Below are positions 52,909 through 62,868 of a stretch of 64,000 nucleotides of DNA, piece after piece. The stretch spans positions 448,001-512,000 of the forward strand of contig CAWJKZ010000010.1 in the NCBI GenBank assembly GCA_963843575.1, read 5' to 3'. Source of the DNA: an uncultured Acidobacteriota bacterium (GTDB lineage Bacteria > Acidobacteriota > UBA6911). How positions within the stretch are numbered: the first letter of the stretch is position 1; each line of letters opens with the position of its first letter. The notes below the pieces were generated by a model. It was not told the origin of the DNA, did not search any database, and saw nothing but the letters and a program-made list of their open reading frames with translations. Both the position numbers and the translations under genes were made by a program.

Positions 52909-53814
52909 TCACGGCTGCGGGGTAGGAGAGGGCGACTCCTTGATCTCGTTTACTCTCAGGACAGGATCGAGCAGCAAAGGCTCATCGAAGGAGACTTTCG
53001 TTTGCACCTGCGCCCTTTTGAAATCGCTGTTGTTGAGTGCCAGGGCGATCTTGCGCTTGTAGAAAAAGGCCGCCTTCAGTTCGAACTCGGCCCCGTAAAT
53101 CATGGGAAACCAGACACCGTCTTCGAACTTCTCATAAGTCAGCTTGAAACCAAGCCCCTTGAGGTTCGTGCCCAGGACAGTTTTGACGAACAAGGGCAAT
53201 CCCCTGGCCAGCCTCGTGCTGATGAACACCGGTTGGAACTCGTTGCTGTCGACCAGGATCTCACCGGCCCAAGGGGTCCCGCCCTCGTCGTCGTCCCACG
53301 ATTCCCGGCGCGGCTTGAACGTGATGCGATACACCTGCTTCCCCCGGTAGTCCTCCTTCCCCGCCAACGCGAACAGGTACTTCCTCTGTTGATTGCTCCG
53401 GAGCGGGAAGAGATCCATCGACACGCCGTCGCGTGAGCCCTTTTCGTTGGTCAGGTCGTCCGCGAGATCGTCGATCAACTCGCCATCGAGGTCGACGTCC
53501 TTGTACTGGAAACCGGGCTTGTCGTAGCCGAGGAGTTTCCCGCCCTTCTCGTACTTCCCGCTGAAACTGCGCAGTTCCTTCGCGGTTCCGTCCGCTGTGG
53601 GAGCGACGCTGTACTCGCGGATCTCCTCGCGCGCGACCTTGCCGGACGATCTCTTGAACCGAAGGATGATCCGCTGGTTGTAGACGTAGTTGGCACGGAC
53701 CTCTTGTGCGCGGTCCTGATTGCGGGCAAGCCGAGCCATGATCTCCTGCACGTCGGGCTCCTGGGCGGCGGCACCGGCCAACAGCAGGACGAAGAGACAG
53801 AGACTGGGACACAT
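52909..53814 (-). CDS. Secreted hypothetical protein
   Basis: Signal peptide, long ORF with YRITFKP, DGVWFP; co-oriented with neighbours. Confidence 0.8.
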   Translation of the reverse strand: MCPSLCLFVLLLAGAAAQEPDVQEIMARLARNQDRAQEVRANYVYNQRIILRFKRSSGKVAREEIREYSVAPTADGTAKELRSFSGKYEKGGKLLGYDKPGFQYKDVDLDGELIDDLADDLTNEKGSRDGVSMDLFPLRSNQQRKYLFALAGKEDYRGKQVYRITFKPRRESWDDDEGGTPWAGEILVDSNEFQPVFISTRLARGLPLFVKTVLGTNLKGLGFKLTYEKFEDGVWFPMIYGAEFELKAAFFYKRKIALALNNSDFKRAQVQTKVSFDEPLLLDPVLRVNEIKESPSPTPQP

Positions 53815-53867
53815 GTGGAATACCTCGTCGCTGTTTAGGACGAAAGAACTCTCCACCGGGTTCACTT

Positions 53868-53933
53868 TGGAGTGCAGCGGCTCGACGCCGCCAGCGACCC
53901 CCACTTGGACCGGCGCCCAGGCGCCGCACTCCA
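53868..53933. repeat. REP family A, short doublet
   Basis: TGGAGTGCAGCGGCTCGACGCCGC...CGGCGCCCAGGCGCCGCACTCCA. Confidence 0.88.
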
Positions 53934-53937
53934 TAGG

Positions 53938-54909
53938 TCAGGCGTAATAGGAGGCGACGCAGCGGTCCATCACCCATGAAGCCCGGGCGCCGCTCTCCCC
54001 GGTCGACTCGCAGGTGCCGCGACCGAGCAGCTGGTTCACCACCGTCTGGATCAGCGGCTGGTGCACGTGCGGGGGGTTGCGGAAGGTGAAGACCTCCTCC
54101 TTCCCCTTTCTGCGCAGGGTGAAATCGCCGTCGGTGAATACGGGAACCCGCAGTTCGCCTTCCGTGCCGGTTATCACGAACCCGTCCTCGTTGTGCTCGG
54201 CGTTGAAGTTCCACACCCCGGTACCCACCTGTCCGGACTTGAACTCGAAACACGCAGCGGTCACGTCCTCGGCAGGGTAAGCTCCTGCCGTGTTCACGGC
54301 AAAGCCGGCGGCCCTGGTAATCGGCCCCAACAGGAAATCAAGCAAGTCGATCCCGTGCGAGGCCAGGTCAAAGAACAGGCCGGCCCCGGCGATCGCCGGG
54401 GCCACACGCCAGGGGAGGTCGGGTCCGGCCAACCGGTTCGGCTCGTATTGCACGAGGTGCACCGACGTCGGCGTCCCCAGAGCACCGCTACGCAGCAGCT
54501 CGCGCACCGCGAGGAAGCGCGGGAGCGCGCGCCGGTAGTAGGCCACAAAAAGCGGCAGGCCTTTTTCGCGGAAACGTTCCGTCATCTGCAGGCACTCGTC
54601 GTGGCTCATCGCCATCGGCTTCTCGACCAGGCAGGGCTTGCCTGCGGAGGCCACTTCCAGCGCCAGCCCGCGGTGGGACGACGGCGGCGTCGCGATGTAC
54701 ACGGCATCCACACCCGGGTCGTGGATCAGGTCGTCCGCCCGGTCGTAAAAACGCGCGACCCCGTGGCGGCGCGCATAGTCGGAGGCCTTGTCCCGGCTGC
54801 GTCTCATGACCGCCACGAGCGCCGATCCGTCCGCTTTCTGAAACCCGGGCCCGCTCTTGACCTCGGCGACGTTCCCGCACCCGATCAACCCCCAGCGTAC
54901 GATGTTCAT
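53938..54909 (-). CDS. Gfo/Idh/MocA family oxidoreductase
   Basis: WGLIGCG, AVYIATPP, VEKPMA, AYYRR, DLASH. Confidence 0.93.
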   Translation of the reverse strand: MNIVRWGLIGCGNVAEVKSGPGFQKADGSALVAVMRRSRDKASDYARRHGVARFYDRADDLIHDPGVDAVYIATPPSSHRGLALEVASAGKPCLVEKPMAMSHDECLQMTERFREKGLPLFVAYYRRALPRFLAVRELLRSGALGTPTSVHLVQYEPNRLAGPDLPWRVAPAIAGAGLFFDLASHGIDLLDFLLGPITRAAGFAVNTAGAYPAEDVTAACFEFKSGQVGTGVWNFNAEHNEDGFVITGTEGELRVPVFTDGDFTLRRKGKEEVFTFRNPPHVHQPLIQTVVNQLLGRGTCESTGESGARASWVMDRCVASYYA

Positions 54910-55138
54910 GAGACACCCCATTTCGAATGAGCCTGCTATTCGAGATTCTCCGGGTCCTGCCGGCTTTTCAGTCGGAGGCCGGGCAAATTTCCCGCATCAA
55001 GGCTGAGAAACTGCTCGCCCGGCCCCGGGGCAAACTCGGTGATCCACGGGCATTAACACTCCGGGGCGCGACTGGCCAGCGAGTTGCCTGTAGTCCGGGG
55101 CGCAGAGGGAACAGACCCTGGCGCACATGGGGGGAGCT

Positions 55139-55360
55139 ATGGCCACGCGAACGATCGGTATCATCCTCATAGTCGCCGGGGTCCTGATCCTGGCATACCA
55201 GGGGATCACCTACACAACCCGCGAGAAAATCCTGGATATCGGGCCGATCGAGGCAAGCAAGGAAAGCACCAGGTCCATTCCGCTTCCTCCCATCATCGGC
55301 GCAGCCGCCATTGCCGGGGGTGCCATCCTCGTCTTCAAGAGAAAAGGGGTGAGGTCGTAG
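55139..55360 (+). CDS. Small two-TM membrane protein (DUF3185-like)
   Basis: GIILIVAGVLILAYQGITYT, LDIGPIEA, IPLPPIIG; GGAG RBS. Confidence 0.8.
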   Translation: MATRTIGIILIVAGVLILAYQGITYTTREKILDIGPIEASKESTRSIPLPPIIGAAAIAGGAILVFKRKGVRS

Positions 55361-55373
55361 GGTCGAGTTCAGT

Positions 55374-57608
55374 TCAATTCGATCCCCGCTGGAGTTCTTC
55401 GGCCGCGGAGGCGACGAGGGCCGCCAACCGGTTCAGCGCGCGTGCGGCCCGCGCGACCTCGGCCTCGGCTTCCGAGTAGCGTTTCTGCTCGATGGACTCG
55501 CGCACTCCAGGGATCGTCTTTACGTCATACCCGGTGTAGAACCCGGGCGCATAGACAAGGTGACGGAACCACTCGCGGTTGGGGAGTCCCGCGGGATCGA
55601 GCATCTGGCGCTCGGCCTGGGCGAGCTTGAGGTTGACGGAACGAGCGACGTCGGGGTGCGCATCGAGCGCCGGCCGGGCCGCTGCGGCGGCCTTTTCGTA
55701 CCGCTCCGCGACGGCCGTCAACTGGGCGGCGGCATTCTCCAGGGGCGCAAAGTTGATCGCCGGCGGCACGTTCTCGGCCTGCGGGGACGCCACGGGTCTC
55801 CTGGGATCGCGCAGGTCGGCGGGCACACCCTCTTCGATCTGCCGATTGAGTTCGCGGACGTCTTCCTGGCGCTGCTTGAGCAACGCCTGGAGCTCGCCGA
55901 CATAGCCGGCGATGGTTTCGGCGGGGCGGCTGAACTCGAAGGGAAGCAGCTGGGCGTCGGCAAGCCGCATGACGGCGGTCCCCACCGTCTGGGCCAGCGC
56001 GCGGCCGTAGATGAATCCCGGGTCGTGGAAGCGGGTGTAGTGATAGAAATCATCGTATATCGAGTGGTAGATCCCATCGTCGTCTTCGCCCCCGAACCCG
56101 AGGTTCAGGACCGCAACGCCGTTGTGCTGCAGGAAAGGGGTGTAGTCCGAACCGGAGCCAAGCGCGCCGATCGGCAGATCGGAGCGAGACCGTGCGCGGC
56201 TCCGCTCCTCCGCGTTGCCGCCTGCGATCCTGGATGATTGCAGGCGTTTCCACACGCTCACGCCGGCTTCGGGGTCGTCGACGGCGCGGGCGACGTCGTT
56301 GACGAACCGCTGGAGCGTGTGTGATCCGCCCATCGAGAGGAAACCGCGCCCGTTGGCGTCGGTGTTGATGTAGGCCACGGCCTTCTTTTCGAGCTCCGGG
56401 CCGTGGAGTTCCACCCACTCGGTCGAGCCGAGGAGCGCCGGTTCCTCCCCGTCCCACGCAGCATACACGATCGTCCGCTTCGGTTGCCAGCCTTGACGGC
56501 GCAACTCGCCCAGCACGCGCGCCTCTTCGAGCTCCGCGGCCATGGCGCTGACGGGGTCTGCGGCGCCGTTGACCCAGGCATCGTGGTGATTGCCGCGGAT
56601 AATCCACTCGTCCGGGTAGGAGGAGCCTGGGATCCGGGCGATCACGTCGTAGATCGGCTTGATGTCCCAGTTGAACGCCAACTTCAGGTGCACGGTGGCC
56701 GGTCCCGGCCCGAAGTGGTAGGTCAGGGGCAGGGCGCCCCGCCACTCGGCGGGCACGACCGGGCCCTTGAGGGCAGCCAGCAGCGGCTGTGCGTCGCCAT
56801 AAGAGATCGGCAGCACCGGGATCCTGGTCAGGGTCCGGGCATCCTTCAACGCCAGCCTCCGGGCATCGGGGGTCGCGCCAATCCCCGGGGTCAGTGGGTC
56901 GCCGGGATACACGGGCATGTCCATTACGCTTCCCCGTTGCACCCCGTCGCGGTTGCGCATCGGACCCTCCGGGAACACGTCCCCCTCGAAGTACCCGTCT
57001 TCCCGCGGATCGGAGTAGATCAGGCAGCCCACGGCTCCGTGCTCGGCCGCCACCTTGGGCTTGATCCCGCGCCAGGAGGCGCCGTAGCGGGCGATCACGA
57101 CGGCCCCTTTGACGGAAATGCCGTACCGGTCGAGCTGCTCGTAATCGATGGGGCGGCCGTAGTTCACGTAGACCAGAGGCCCGGTCACGTCGCCGTCGAC
57201 CGAATACGCCGTGTAGGACGGGAGCTGCTCGGATTTCTGCGCGCTGGTCGGGTCCTGCGGGATCACCGGTTCGTCGAGGCGCGCTACGAACTTCGATGGG
57301 CCGAGCATCTCCAGCACCCGCTCCTTCGGCGTCGGGAACAGCACCTCGAACTGCTCGATCGAGGCTTCCCACCCGAACTCCTTGAACTTCGCCAGCAGCC
57401 ACTCGGCGTTGTCCTTGTCGTACGGCGAGCCGACGTGATGGGGGTGCGCGCTCAGCCGGCGCGCGTACTCGCGTATGTGCGCCGGATCCGGTTGCGCGCG
57501 GAAGGAGGCTTCCCAATTATCCCCGGCGACCGGGGACGAACCGGCAGGTCGAGGAGACGCCTGCAGGAGGGCGACAACAAGCAACAGAACGACTCTTCGC
57601 ATCGACAT
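55374..57608 (-). CDS. M28 peptidase, glutamate carboxypeptidase II / transferrin-receptor-like
   Basis: PA domain, GNHHDAW, GAADP, WDGEE, GSGSDY, YHSIYD. Confidence 0.95.
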   Translation of the reverse strand: MSMRRVVLLLVVALLQASPRPAGSSPVAGDNWEASFRAQPDPAHIREYARRLSAHPHHVGSPYDKDNAEWLLAKFKEFGWEASIEQFEVLFPTPKERVLEMLGPSKFVARLDEPVIPQDPTSAQKSEQLPSYTAYSVDGDVTGPLVYVNYGRPIDYEQLDRYGISVKGAVVIARYGASWRGIKPKVAAEHGAVGCLIYSDPREDGYFEGDVFPEGPMRNRDGVQRGSVMDMPVYPGDPLTPGIGATPDARRLALKDARTLTRIPVLPISYGDAQPLLAALKGPVVPAEWRGALPLTYHFGPGPATVHLKLAFNWDIKPIYDVIARIPGSSYPDEWIIRGNHHDAWVNGAADPVSAMAAELEEARVLGELRRQGWQPKRTIVYAAWDGEEPALLGSTEWVELHGPELEKKAVAYINTDANGRGFLSMGGSHTLQRFVNDVARAVDDPEAGVSVWKRLQSSRIAGGNAEERSRARSRSDLPIGALGSGSDYTPFLQHNGVAVLNLGFGGEDDDGIYHSIYDDFYHYTRFHDPGFIYGRALAQTVGTAVMRLADAQLLPFEFSRPAETIAGYVGELQALLKQRQEDVRELNRQIEEGVPADLRDPRRPVASPQAENVPPAINFAPLENAAAQLTAVAERYEKAAAAARPALDAHPDVARSVNLKLAQAERQMLDPAGLPNREWFRHLVYAPGFYTGYDVKTIPGVRESIEQKRYSEAEAEVARAARALNRLAALVASAAEELQRGSN

Positions 57609-57734
57609 CAGGACACCTCGGGTTTCGTCGCAGGATGCTGCGGGAATTTGTATCGCGCGCGGTGGCCGAGGGCAAGCCGTAATGCGCGTGGTAAGCTATC
57701 GGGGTTCGGATTTCAACTCGACAGTGGAGGTATC

Positions 57735-58367
57735 GTGGCGGAATCCCATGCTCCCCGCGTGCTCGAGTGGGCGCGGGAAATCCAGGCACTGGCGCAAACG
57801 GAGTTGCACTTCGCCCACGACGATTTTCAGAGACAGCGCTGCCGCCGCCTCGTCGAGATCGCCGCCGAGATGATCAGCGAGAGCTCGTCGATCGCCTTCG
57901 CCCCCGTTGTCAGGGCGTTCGCGGCGCAGATCGGCTACGCCACGCCCAAGGTGGACGTCCGGGCGGCTGTGTTCGACGGCGCCGGCAAGCTGCTGTTCGT
58001 GCGCGAACGCATCGACGGCGGCTGGACGCTTCCCGGCGGCTGGGTGGATGTCGGGAACGTCCCATCGGAAGCAGCCGAGCGCGAAACCCTCGAGGAGTCC
58101 GGGTTGCGCGTCAAAGCGCGCAAGGTCATCGGCGTCTACGACGCCAACCGGATGCGCCCGATCGAAGTCTTCCACGCCTTCAAGATCGTGTTTCAGTGCG
58201 AGCTGCTGGGCGGCGAGCCGGGGCCGAGCGAAGAGACTTCCGAGGTGGCCTTCTTCGGGCCTTCGGACCTCCCGTCTACTCTCTCGGGCGAGCGCACGAG
58301 ACCACGTCACATCGCCGACGCCTTCCTCTCCTTCGCCCACCCGGACGCCCCCACTGTGTTCGACTGA
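57735..58367 (+). CDS. NUDIX hydrolase with Nudix_N domain
   Basis: GYATPKVDVR, LPGGW...AAERETLEESG; GGAGG RBS. Confidence 0.93.
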   Translation: MAESHAPRVLEWAREIQALAQTELHFAHDDFQRQRCRRLVEIAAEMISESSSIAFAPVVRAFAAQIGYATPKVDVRAAVFDGAGKLLFVRERIDGGWTLPGGWVDVGNVPSEAAERETLEESGLRVKARKVIGVYDANRMRPIEVFHAFKIVFQCELLGGEPGPSEETSEVAFFGPSDLPSTLSGERTRPRHIADAFLSFAHPDAPTVFD

Positions 58368-58370
58368 TCG

Positions 58371-58521
58371 TGGAGTGCGGCGGCTCGACGCCGCTTTGTT
58401 GGCGGCGCCTGGGCGCCGCCCGCTTCGAGATTGCGGATGTCGTTATTCAGCATGGCGCCGAGGCGCCGGGCATTTCGGCCGTAGATCGTAAGTGAAAGCG
58501 GCGCCGAGGCGCCGCACTCCA
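58371..58521. repeat. REP family A, long composite copy
   Basis: Inverted TGGAGTGCGG ends with two internal GGCGCC hairpins. Confidence 0.92.
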
Positions 58522-58533
58522 AAGGAGCGCCCG

Positions 58534-61500
58534 ATGTTTCGCAAACCTGTGTTCTGGCTCGTGTTCGTGTTGTTTTCCGGCGGATGCGCCTGGTTCGCGC
58601 TGCGCTACTTCGCCCAGGCGTTCCCGATCGTCTCGCTCGATCTGCGCATGGATCGGGCTGGCGCGCTAACCCGGGCGAGGCAGCTGGACGAGACCTACCG
58701 GCTGGCCCCTGCCGGCTTTCGCGAAGTCGCTTCGTTTCAGCGTGAGCAGGAGGTGCAGAACTTCGTGGAACTCGAAGCGGGAGGCACGGACGCCCTCCGG
58801 GGCATGTTCACGTCGGGCCTCTATCACCCGTTCAAGTGGGTGGTGCGGCACTTCAAAGAAGGGGAGGCTCGGGAAGCGCAACTGTGGTTCACCCCCCGCG
58901 GCGATCCGTACGGGTTCGCCGTGAAGCTCCCGGAAGGAGAGGCCGGGGCGGTCCTCGCCCCAGCCGACGCGCAGCAGGTCGCGGAACGGACGGCCTCGCG
59001 GGATTGGGCCGTGGAGCTCTCCGGCTATCGCCTGGTCGAAAAAGCGCGCGAGGTGCGGCTGGGCGGCCGCGTCGACCACACCTTCGTCTACGAGCGACCC
59101 GATATCCGGATCGGGGCGGGACGTTACCGCCTGCGCCTGGTCGTGGGCGGCGACCGGCTGACGGAATTGCGTCACTTCGTGCAAGTCCCGGAGGCGTTCT
59201 CGCGCCGCTACGAACAGATGCGGTCCGCCAACACGGCAATCGGCGCCGGCGCGGCCATCGCCATGCTTGTCCTGTACCTCGTGGGCGGCTGCGCGATCGG
59301 CCTGTTCTTCCTGATGCGGCAGCGCTGGATCCTCTGGCGCCAGCCGCTGCTCTGGGGTCTGTTTATCGCCCTCCTGCAGACCCTGTCCGGAATCAACTCC
59401 TGGCCGCTCCGCTGGCTTGGTTATGACACGGCGGTCTCCGTCGGCGGGTTCACGGCGCAGCAGCTTGCGCTGCTCGGGCTGATGTTCGTGTTGAACACGT
59501 TCGTCTTCTCGCTGTCGTTCATGGCGGCCGAAGGGCTGTCGCGTAGGGCGTTTCCGCACCACCCGCAACTGTGGAGGCTCTGGTCGCCGCAGGTCGCCGC
59601 TTCCAGGGGCGTGCTCGGCCGCACGGTGGCGGCCTACATGCTCGTCGCCGTGTTTTTCGCTTACGAGGTGGTGCTGTACTTCATCACGACCCGCTACCTC
59701 GGCTGGTGGACCCCCTCCGACACGCTTGTCGACCCGGACGTCCTGGCGTCCTATTTCCCCTGGCTGACGTCGATTGCAGCCTCGTCCCAGGCGGGGTTCT
59801 GGGAAGAGACTCTGTTCAGGGCCGTGCCGCTGGCGGGAGCGGCGCTCCTGGGCACCCGGTTCGGCAGGCGCAACTGGTGGATCGCGGCCGCCATGGTCCT
59901 GCAAGCCCTTGTCTTCGGCGCCGGGCACGCCAGCTATGCCACACAGCCGTCCTACGCCCGGCTGGTCGAACTGGTCGTGCCTTCGTTCATTTTCGGCGCC
60001 CTCTATCTCGCCTTCGGCCTGCTGCCCTCCATAGTCATGCACTTCGCCTACGACGTGGTCTGGTTCGCCATCCCCGTGTTTGTGTCGACGGCGCCGGGCA
60101 TCTGGACCGATCGGGTGTTGCTGATCCTGCTGGCGCTCGTGCCGCTATGGGTCGTGCTGGTCTCCCGGTGCCGTGCCCGAGCCTGGACCGAGATGCCCTC
60201 CACGGCGCGCAACGGAGCATGGCAGCCGGCCGAACCCCGCCCGGAGGCTCCGCCAGCCATCGTCCCCGGCGCGGCCGTCCCCTCAGCCCACGCGCGGTGG
60301 GTGCTCCTTGCGGGAACCGCCGGCCTCGTGCTCTGGGCGCTGTTGACCCCTTTCCACACCGACTCGCCCGCGTTGCAGGTAAGCGGCGGGCAGGCCGAGG
60401 ACGCCGCGCGGCAGGAACTCGCCCGCCGCGGGATCCGGCTCGGCGGCCAGTGGAAGGTGCTGCGCGGCCTCGCCGCCACCCCCGGGGAGGCCCACCGGTT
60501 CGTCTGGCAGACCTCGGGACGCGCAGCGTACCGGGACCTGCTCGGCACCTACCTGCCCGAGCCGCGCAGGACGGTTCGATTCGCCCGGTTTGAAGGGGAT
60601 GTGGCGGAACGAGCCGAGGAGTACCTGGTATCGGTCTCCGGTGCTGCGCAGGTAAGACGGTTCAAGCACACGCTCCCCGAGGACAGGCCCGGCGCATCGC
60701 TCGCGGAAGCGGATGCGCGCGCACTCGCCCGGCGCGCGCTGGGCGAGCTCTTTCAGGCAGACGCGACGCGGCTCTACGAAGTGTCGGCCGTCCCCTCGAA
60801 GCTCAAAAACCGCACCGACTGGCTATTTACCTTCTCGGACAGGATAAAGACCCTGAAGCAGGGGGAAGCGCGGATCGGGATCCAGGTCGCGGGTGACGAG
60901 GTCGTGGACGGGTACAGGTTCGTGCATGTGCCCGAGGACTGGTCGCGGGGCGAGCGGGACCGGCGGGTCGTGCCCGACGTGGTGGAAATGTCGATGCGCG
61001 TGCTCCTGGTTCTCGCGGCCCTCGCGGGCGCGGTCGCCGCGGTGATCCGCTGGAGCCGGAGACGATTTTCGGTCTCGGCGTTCCTCTTGCTCCTCGCGGG
61101 GGGCGCGGTCGCCGGGGGAGCCAACCTCCTGAACCAGTTCCCCACCCTGGCTGCGCAGTTCTCGACCGCGCAGCCGTTCAAGCTCCAGGCGGCTCTCTTC
61201 GTCGGCGGCGGCCTGGTCGCGGCAGTCCTGCTCGCCGCCGGGACGGCGCTGCTCGGCGGATTCGCGGCGGCCTGGCGCCCAGCGGCTCCGGCAGGGGCAG
61301 CCGGCAGCCCGATCGGGGGGTTGTCGTTCGCGGCCGTCCTGGCAGGGCTCTCCGCGCTCCTTTCCCGGTTCGGCCCCAGGCTCGCGCCGGCGTGGTCGAA
61401 CTACGGGCCGCTGGGGACCTGGAGCCCGTGGCTCGATGCCCTCGTGGAACCTGTGGCAGGATACCTGGTGCAGTCGATCCTGCTCTTGCTCTTCGTGATT

Positions 61501-61869
61501 GCCGTCGACCGGTTCACCGGCGGGTGGATGCGCAGGAAGGCCGCCGGGGTCGGGCTGTTCCTGGCGGCGGGGATCACCGCCGGCGGTTCGATCGAAACCC
61601 TCCAGTCCTGGTTGATGGCGGGCGTCGCCGGCGGGGTGGTGCTGTTTCTGGCCTATGTCCACGTGCTGCGCATCGACTCGCGGGCGGCCCTGTTCGCGGT
61701 GGCGGGCCTGCAGATCCTCGCCGTCGTGCAGGATGCTTTGTCCGGGGCATTTCCCGCGGTGGTGCCGCTCGCGGCGCTCCGGGCGGCCGTGATCCTGGGC
61801 GCGGCCTGGCTCCTGTTTCGCGGTTTGTCGCCCGACAGGAGCGCATGCGCACCCGCATCTCAAACGTGA
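58534..61869 (+). CDS. Large CPBP (CAAX/Abi) family intramembrane metalloprotease
   Basis: AGFWEETLFR, FGAGH, HFAYD; duplicated soluble domain and TM bundle. Confidence 0.88.
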   Translation: MFRKPVFWLVFVLFSGGCAWFALRYFAQAFPIVSLDLRMDRAGALTRARQLDETYRLAPAGFREVASFQREQEVQNFVELEAGGTDALRGMFTSGLYHPFKWVVRHFKEGEAREAQLWFTPRGDPYGFAVKLPEGEAGAVLAPADAQQVAERTASRDWAVELSGYRLVEKAREVRLGGRVDHTFVYERPDIRIGAGRYRLRLVVGGDRLTELRHFVQVPEAFSRRYEQMRSANTAIGAGAAIAMLVLYLVGGCAIGLFFLMRQRWILWRQPLLWGLFIALLQTLSGINSWPLRWLGYDTAVSVGGFTAQQLALLGLMFVLNTFVFSLSFMAAEGLSRRAFPHHPQLWRLWSPQVAASRGVLGRTVAAYMLVAVFFAYEVVLYFITTRYLGWWTPSDTLVDPDVLASYFPWLTSIAASSQAGFWEETLFRAVPLAGAALLGTRFGRRNWWIAAAMVLQALVFGAGHASYATQPSYARLVELVVPSFIFGALYLAFGLLPSIVMHFAYDVVWFAIPVFVSTAPGIWTDRVLLILLALVPLWVVLVSRCRARAWTEMPSTARNGAWQPAEPRPEAPPAIVPGAAVPSAHARWVLLAGTAGLVLWALLTPFHTDSPALQVSGGQAEDAARQELARRGIRLGGQWKVLRGLAATPGEAHRFVWQTSGRAAYRDLLGTYLPEPRRTVRFARFEGDVAERAEEYLVSVSGAAQVRRFKHTLPEDRPGASLAEADARALARRALGELFQADATRLYEVSAVPSKLKNRTDWLFTFSDRIKTLKQGEARIGIQVAGDEVVDGYRFVHVPEDWSRGERDRRVVPDVVEMSMRVLLVLAALAGAVAAVIRWSRRRFSVSAFLLLLAGGAVAGGANLLNQFPTLAAQFSTAQPFKLQAALFVGGGLVAAVLLAAGTALLGGFAAAWRPAAPAGAAGSPIGGLSFAAVLAGLSALLSRFGPRLAPAWSNYGPLGTWSPWLDALVEPVAGYLVQSILLLLFVIAVDRFTGGWMRRKAAGVGLFLAAGITAGGSIETLQSWLMAGVAGGVVLFLAYVHVLRIDSRAALFAVAGLQILAVVQDALSGAFPAVVPLAALRAAVILGAAWLLFRGLSPDRSACAPASQT

Positions 61870-62831
61870 TTGCGCAGCGCCAGCTCCTTCGGGTGCGGAT
61901 TCAGGTAGACCTGTCCGGAAAGATAGGAAACCTCATACCGGCGCAGATGGTGCTTCAGCAGCGTCAATGGAACGATCAGCGGCACCTCCCCCTTGCGGTA
62001 GTCGTCGATCAGGCCGGCCAGTTCCCGTCGTGAATCTTCGTCCAGCTGCTTTTTCAAGTAGCCGGCCATGTGCTGGAGCACGTTCGCATGGCGCCCGCGG
62101 GTGGCCAGGACCGAGAGTGCCCGCATGAGGCCTTCGTGATACCTGCGCCGCAGCTCGGGTCGCGGGACATCGGCCGCGCCCGCCACGAGCCGCCCGAGCT
62201 CTTTGTAGGCCGCCGGGGAATGAGCCAGGACCGTCAATTTGTGGGCGGTATGGAACTGGATCAGGTCCCGGACGGTCCAGCGCCCGGCCCACAACTCCTG
62301 CAAACGCCGATAGGCGAAGACGCGCTCGACCCAGTTTTCGCGCAACCCCGGGTCGCACAGTCGCCCTTCCTCCTCGATCGGGAGCAGCGGAAAACGCTTG
62401 GCAAGGGCCTCGGCGAAAAGGCCCCGCCCGGTGCGGCTTGGCATCCCGGTAGCGGCGTACACGCGCACCCGCAGAAGCCCGCAACTCGGGGAGTCGCTCT
62501 TCAAGATGTAGCCGCTGAGGTTTTCCTCCTCCAACTGCGGCACCCGGGCACGCGCATAAGCGCGCATCGGGGTGGTCAGATCCCGTCCGCTTTTGGGCAT
62601 GATCATCCGGACCTCGGAGTCGCCCTGCTCCAGCCGCATTGTCTCGCGAGGTGTTCCCAGCCCCAGTTCGACCTCCGGGCAGACCGGCACCCACTCGAAG
62701 TATTGGCCGAGCGTGAGGGTGATATACCGGTCGTGTTTGTGTCCGCCGTCGAACCTCACCTTCTCTCCCAGGAGGCAGGCGGAGATTCCGATCCGCACAG
62801 GGGCGAAGGGGTCAAGCGATCCGTAGCTCAT
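61860..62831 (-). CDS. DUF523 plus DUF1722 (YbgA-like) protein
   Basis: GISACLLG, PVCPEVELG, SPSCG, FHTAHKL, NVLQHMAGY, YLNPHP. Confidence 0.93.
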   Translation of the reverse strand: MSYGSLDPFAPVRIGISACLLGEKVRFDGGHKHDRYITLTLGQYFEWVPVCPEVELGLGTPRETMRLEQGDSEVRMIMPKSGRDLTTPMRAYARARVPQLEEENLSGYILKSDSPSCGLLRVRVYAATGMPSRTGRGLFAEALAKRFPLLPIEEEGRLCDPGLRENWVERVFAYRRLQELWAGRWTVRDLIQFHTAHKLTVLAHSPAAYKELGRLVAGAADVPRPELRRRYHEGLMRALSVLATRGRHANVLQHMAGYLKKQLDEDSRRELAGLIDDYRKGEVPLIVPLTLLKHHLRRYEVSYLSGQVYLNPHPKELALRNHV

Positions 62832-62868
62832 GGGACCTCCTTTCGAGCGACAGCGCGTGGCGTCGCAA

